This document shows, one piece after another, positions 37,722-40,000 of a DNA stretch of 40,000 bases; positions within the stretch are counted from its first letter, which is position 1, and every line of letters begins with the position of its first letter. A model generated the notes under the pieces. That model was not told the origin of the DNA and did not search any database. It worked only from the letters and a program-made list of their open reading frames with translations. The stretch is from Halobellus marinus. GTDB taxonomy: Archaea > Halobacteriota > Halobacteria > Halobacteriales > Haloferacaceae. Position numbers and translations under genes: made by a program. The stretch lies in the NCBI RefSeq assembly GCF_032113415.1, contig NZ_CP134946.1:1614333-1654332 (forward strand), read 5' to 3'.

Positions 37722-40000
37722 TGCGTCTCGCTGACGACGACCGCGCGCGGGTCCCGTTCGCGCTGATCGGCGTGTTGCTCCTGGTCGGCAGTTCGACCTT
37801 CGCAGCCTCGCTTGCGACGACAGGCCCCGCTCCGGTCGATCGATCGGCCGACGTCACGGCCGATCGCGTGGACGCCGAGGCGACGGCGGCACTCAGAACG
37901 GCAGTCCGTGACGCTGCCCGAGCCGCCGCCCGCGAACCGGTCACTGCCGCCGCGGAAAGTGAGGCGGGAGGGGCGTTGGCGGGAGCAAACACCTTTCGTC
38001 GATATCTCCGGCTCCGAATTTTCCTCGCCGCGCGGGACGCGATGGCGACCGTCGAACACCGGCGCGGGACGGCCCGGGCGCGCGTCTCCCTCGGGGAATC
38101 CGTCGACACCGTCCCGGAGGCGCTCCGTCACGTTTCGATATCGGGCGTCGACGACGGGACGGCGCTCCGCGTGACGATCCGCAATCTGACGATGACAATC
38201 GAGGAGAATGGCCGGGTGGTCGACAGAGAACGCGTGAATCGGACCGTCACCGTCGGTGTGCCCGTGCTGGCGCTGCACGACCGCACCCAGCGGTTCCAGT
38301 CCCGGCTCGACGCCGATCCGATCGAGTCGCCCGGGCTCGCGCGTCGACTGACGGTCGGCGTGACCGCAATCGCACAGGCGCGAGGACTCGGACAGTACGG
38401 CGGGCTTCCGATCGAGAACGTCCTCGCCAACCGACACGTCGCGCTCTCGACGAACGCGGGACTCCTCGACGCCCAGCGGGCCGCGTTCGGCCGAAGCGAC
38501 CCCGACGCGGCGGCCGGCGTGCGCAGGGCGACGCTTCAGACGGGCGTCACGGACGTGTTCGACCCGCGGACGAACTCCCAGGTCGTGTCCGCAGCGACGG
38601 GACAACTGCCCGATCCGAACGCGCCCGAGCGGCGCGACGACGCAGACAGCGGAGCGCTCCCGGCGACGCGGACGATTTCGGTGGGCGTCAACGGGACCGC
38701 TGACCAGGCGTTTCTGGGACTGCTCCGCGGTGAGAACGGAGACCAGAGCCTCGAATCGATCAAGCGCGACGGCTACACCGCGACTGTCTCCGTCGGCGCC
38801 GACGTTTCGACCGTCCGAAACGACCACCCACCGTCGCCGCGCGCACCCGGCGAGAACTGGACGCTCGTCTACTCTCACACCTCGATTGACGTCTCGGTCG
38901 AGGGTAGCGGGCGCCGAACCGACGTCGTCCGGGCTGGGCTCGGAGAGAGACGCCTTTACACCGCAACCCGACGGGTCGTCGAGCGTCACACCATCGAACG
39001 GACGTGGGTGAAGGTCAACGAGACGCCGCGGACGACGACTGCATCCTGGCGCGACATCTCCCGCGTCCGGGTGACTGTCCAGGGTCGCCTCAGTGACGTT
39101 CCGGGCCCGTCTGAACCTGTCCGCCCGGTTTTCGAGTCTGCCGGTCCGCTTTCCGGCCCCAACCTCAGAGAGGGGGATGCAGCGAGTCGCCGTCTGGTGT
39201 CGGACCTCGGCGGTGCCGACGCCATCGCCCGGCGGGCAGTGACCGGTGGGCGAACGAGTGCGTCGACGACAGTCACTGGGGATCGACCGCGGGATCTCAA
39301 GCCGTGGGTCTACGAGGACCTCACAGATCTCCGCGACCGCGTCAGAGAACTCTCCGTCGAGGTGCCCGCCAGCGACGCCGCTACCGGTCGCGTCAACGGT
39401 GCAGCCCGGCTCGCCGCGCTCGTTCGCGAGCGGCGTGCGGAACTGATCGATGCGCCATCCCGGTACGACGGCGTGGCCGATCGGACCCGCGTGGCTGCCC
39501 GGGCGGCGTATCTCGATCGGGTCATCGCTCGTCTCGACGCCCGTGCGGAACAGACCCGCGAGCAGAACGCCGGCATCGGTCGCGCGTTCGACGCGAAGGG
39601 GATCGCCGCCTCGCGTGCAAATAAGCTCGCGGATCTCACGCCCGATCCGCCATCACCGGAAAAAGAGTTCGGCAGTCGATCGGGCGTGCGCGGGGAGACC
39701 ACGCTGGTCCCGGACGGCGATCCTGCGTACCTCTCATCTGAACCGGTCGACGGCGCGCTCGTCGATGGCATCGCGGACGACGAGCAGTACGTCGGGCTTG
39801 CGGTCCGGAACGTGAACCTCTTCGCCGTTCCCTACGGCGACACCGCCGACATCGTCACCCGGACGCTCCTGGGAGATCCGGGACGGGTCTCGCTGCGCGC
39901 CGCTGGCCAGTCGCTCATCGCCGCCGGTCGAGCGCTTGCGTCGTCGTCGAACGCGACGCTCCGGGCCCGCAGAAATCACCTGCAAACGAAAGTCGCCGAC
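37721..40000 (+). CDS. large N-terminally anchored protein, 5' partial (>760 aa, continues beyond the window), function unknown
   Basis: Not in the ORF track because it has no stop in the window. By hand translation, frame 2 is open from ATG 37721 to position 40000. The ATG overlaps the upstream TGA (TGATG), with SD-like 'GGTGAGGAGG' 10 nt upstream. N-terminal 'MRLADDDRARVPFALIGVLLLVGSSTFAASLA'. High GC3. Confidence 0.7.
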   Translation, partial: MRLADDDRARVPFALIGVLLLVGSSTFAASLATTGPAPVDRSADVTADRVDAEATAALRTAVRDAARAAAREPVTAAAESEAGGALAGANTFRRYLRLRIFLAARDAMATVEHRRGTARARVSLGESVDTVPEALRHVSISGVDDGTALRVTIRNLTMTIEENGRVVDRERVNRTVTVGVPVLALHDRTQRFQSRLDADPIESPGLARRLTVGVTAIAQARGLGQYGGLPIENVLANRHVALSTNAGLLDAQRAAFGRSDPDAAAGVRRATLQTGVTDVFDPRTNSQVVSAATGQLPDPNAPERRDDADSGALPATRTISVGVNGTADQAFLGLLRGENGDQSLESIKRDGYTATVSVGADVSTVRNDHPPSPRAPGENWTLVYSHTSIDVSVEGSGRRTDVVRAGLGERRLYTATRRVVERHTIERTWVKVNETPRTTTASWRDISRVRVTVQGRLSDVPGPSEPVRPVFESAGPLSGPNLREGDAASRRLVSDLGGADAIARRAVTGGRTSASTTVTGDRPRDLKPWVYEDLTDLRDRVRELSVEVPASDAATGRVNGAARLAALVRERRAELIDAPSRYDGVADRTRVAARAAYLDRVIARLDARAEQTREQNAGIGRAFDAKGIAASRANKLADLTPDPPSPEKEFGSRSGVRGETTLVPDGDPAYLSSEPVDGALVDGIADDEQYVGLAVRNVNLFAVPYGDTADIVTRTLLGDPGRVSLRAAGQSLIAAGRALASSSNATLRARRNHLQTKVAD

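Noticed and set aside
36923-38989. 688-aa minus-strand ORF across the end of the T4P-like cluster
   Set aside because: The translation is Arg/Ser/Gly-rich and not protein-like. The + strand frames instead show start/stop coupling, SD-like sequences, hydrophobic N-termini and G/C-ending codons.
1-40000. Genomic island, provirus or defence island interpretation of the window
   Set aside because: No integrase, transposase, restriction, toxin-antitoxin or Cas-like genes were recognised. Composition looks uniform apart from short AT-rich promoter regions, and the content is largely housekeeping.

Overview
This window is a high-GC archaeal chromosome segment (roughly two-thirds G+C by eye) encoding a strongly acidic proteome. 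Gene content points to class Halobacteria, as an inference with no search run. The evidence is an archaeal-type SAM synthetase, an RNase P Rpp21 subunit, a CetZ-type tubulin, TatA, a fused cytochrome oxidase I+III, and TATA boxes ~27 nt upstream of start codons, which imply leaderless mRNAs. Positions 1-29.2 kb are mostly ordinary core genes: FKBP PPIase, a membrane-protein operon, a cox-type terminal oxidase operon, CYTH/CyaB, SAM synthetase, ThiI, a PRC-barrel protein, two GT4 glycosyltransferases, a tandem USP, Rpp21, YhbY, MscS, an HD hydrolase, peroxiredoxin, TatA, tRNA-Arg(CCU), an MBL hydrolase, a DUF302-like protein, a CPBP protease, a Mut7-C nuclease, PolX and an AlkP-family phosphodiesterase. 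The stand-out region is 29.3-40.0 kb. There a CetZ tubulin gene lies divergent from an orphan type-IV-pilus/Tad-like module. The module encodes a coiled-coil protein, a small anchored protein, a T2SSE-family ATPase with a ~390-aa N-terminal extension, a T2SSF-like platform protein, and four translationally coupled N-terminally anchored proteins. The last of these is >760 aa, runs off the window and is absent from the ORF track. The module's three transcription units share a near-identical 37-nt promoter/start module. A second recurrent signal is a 79-bp structured inverted-repeat element. It occurs three times plus one truncated copy, always on the + strand, always beginning exactly at the TGA stop codon of a gene, and flanked by TGA on both sides. 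Several smaller tandem or direct repeats and palindromes are listed. No rRNA, CRISPR array, transposase or integrase was recognised. Many long ORFs in the track are antisense or off-frame artefacts of high GC and were not called. All calls rest on by-eye motif recognition and none is verified by database search.
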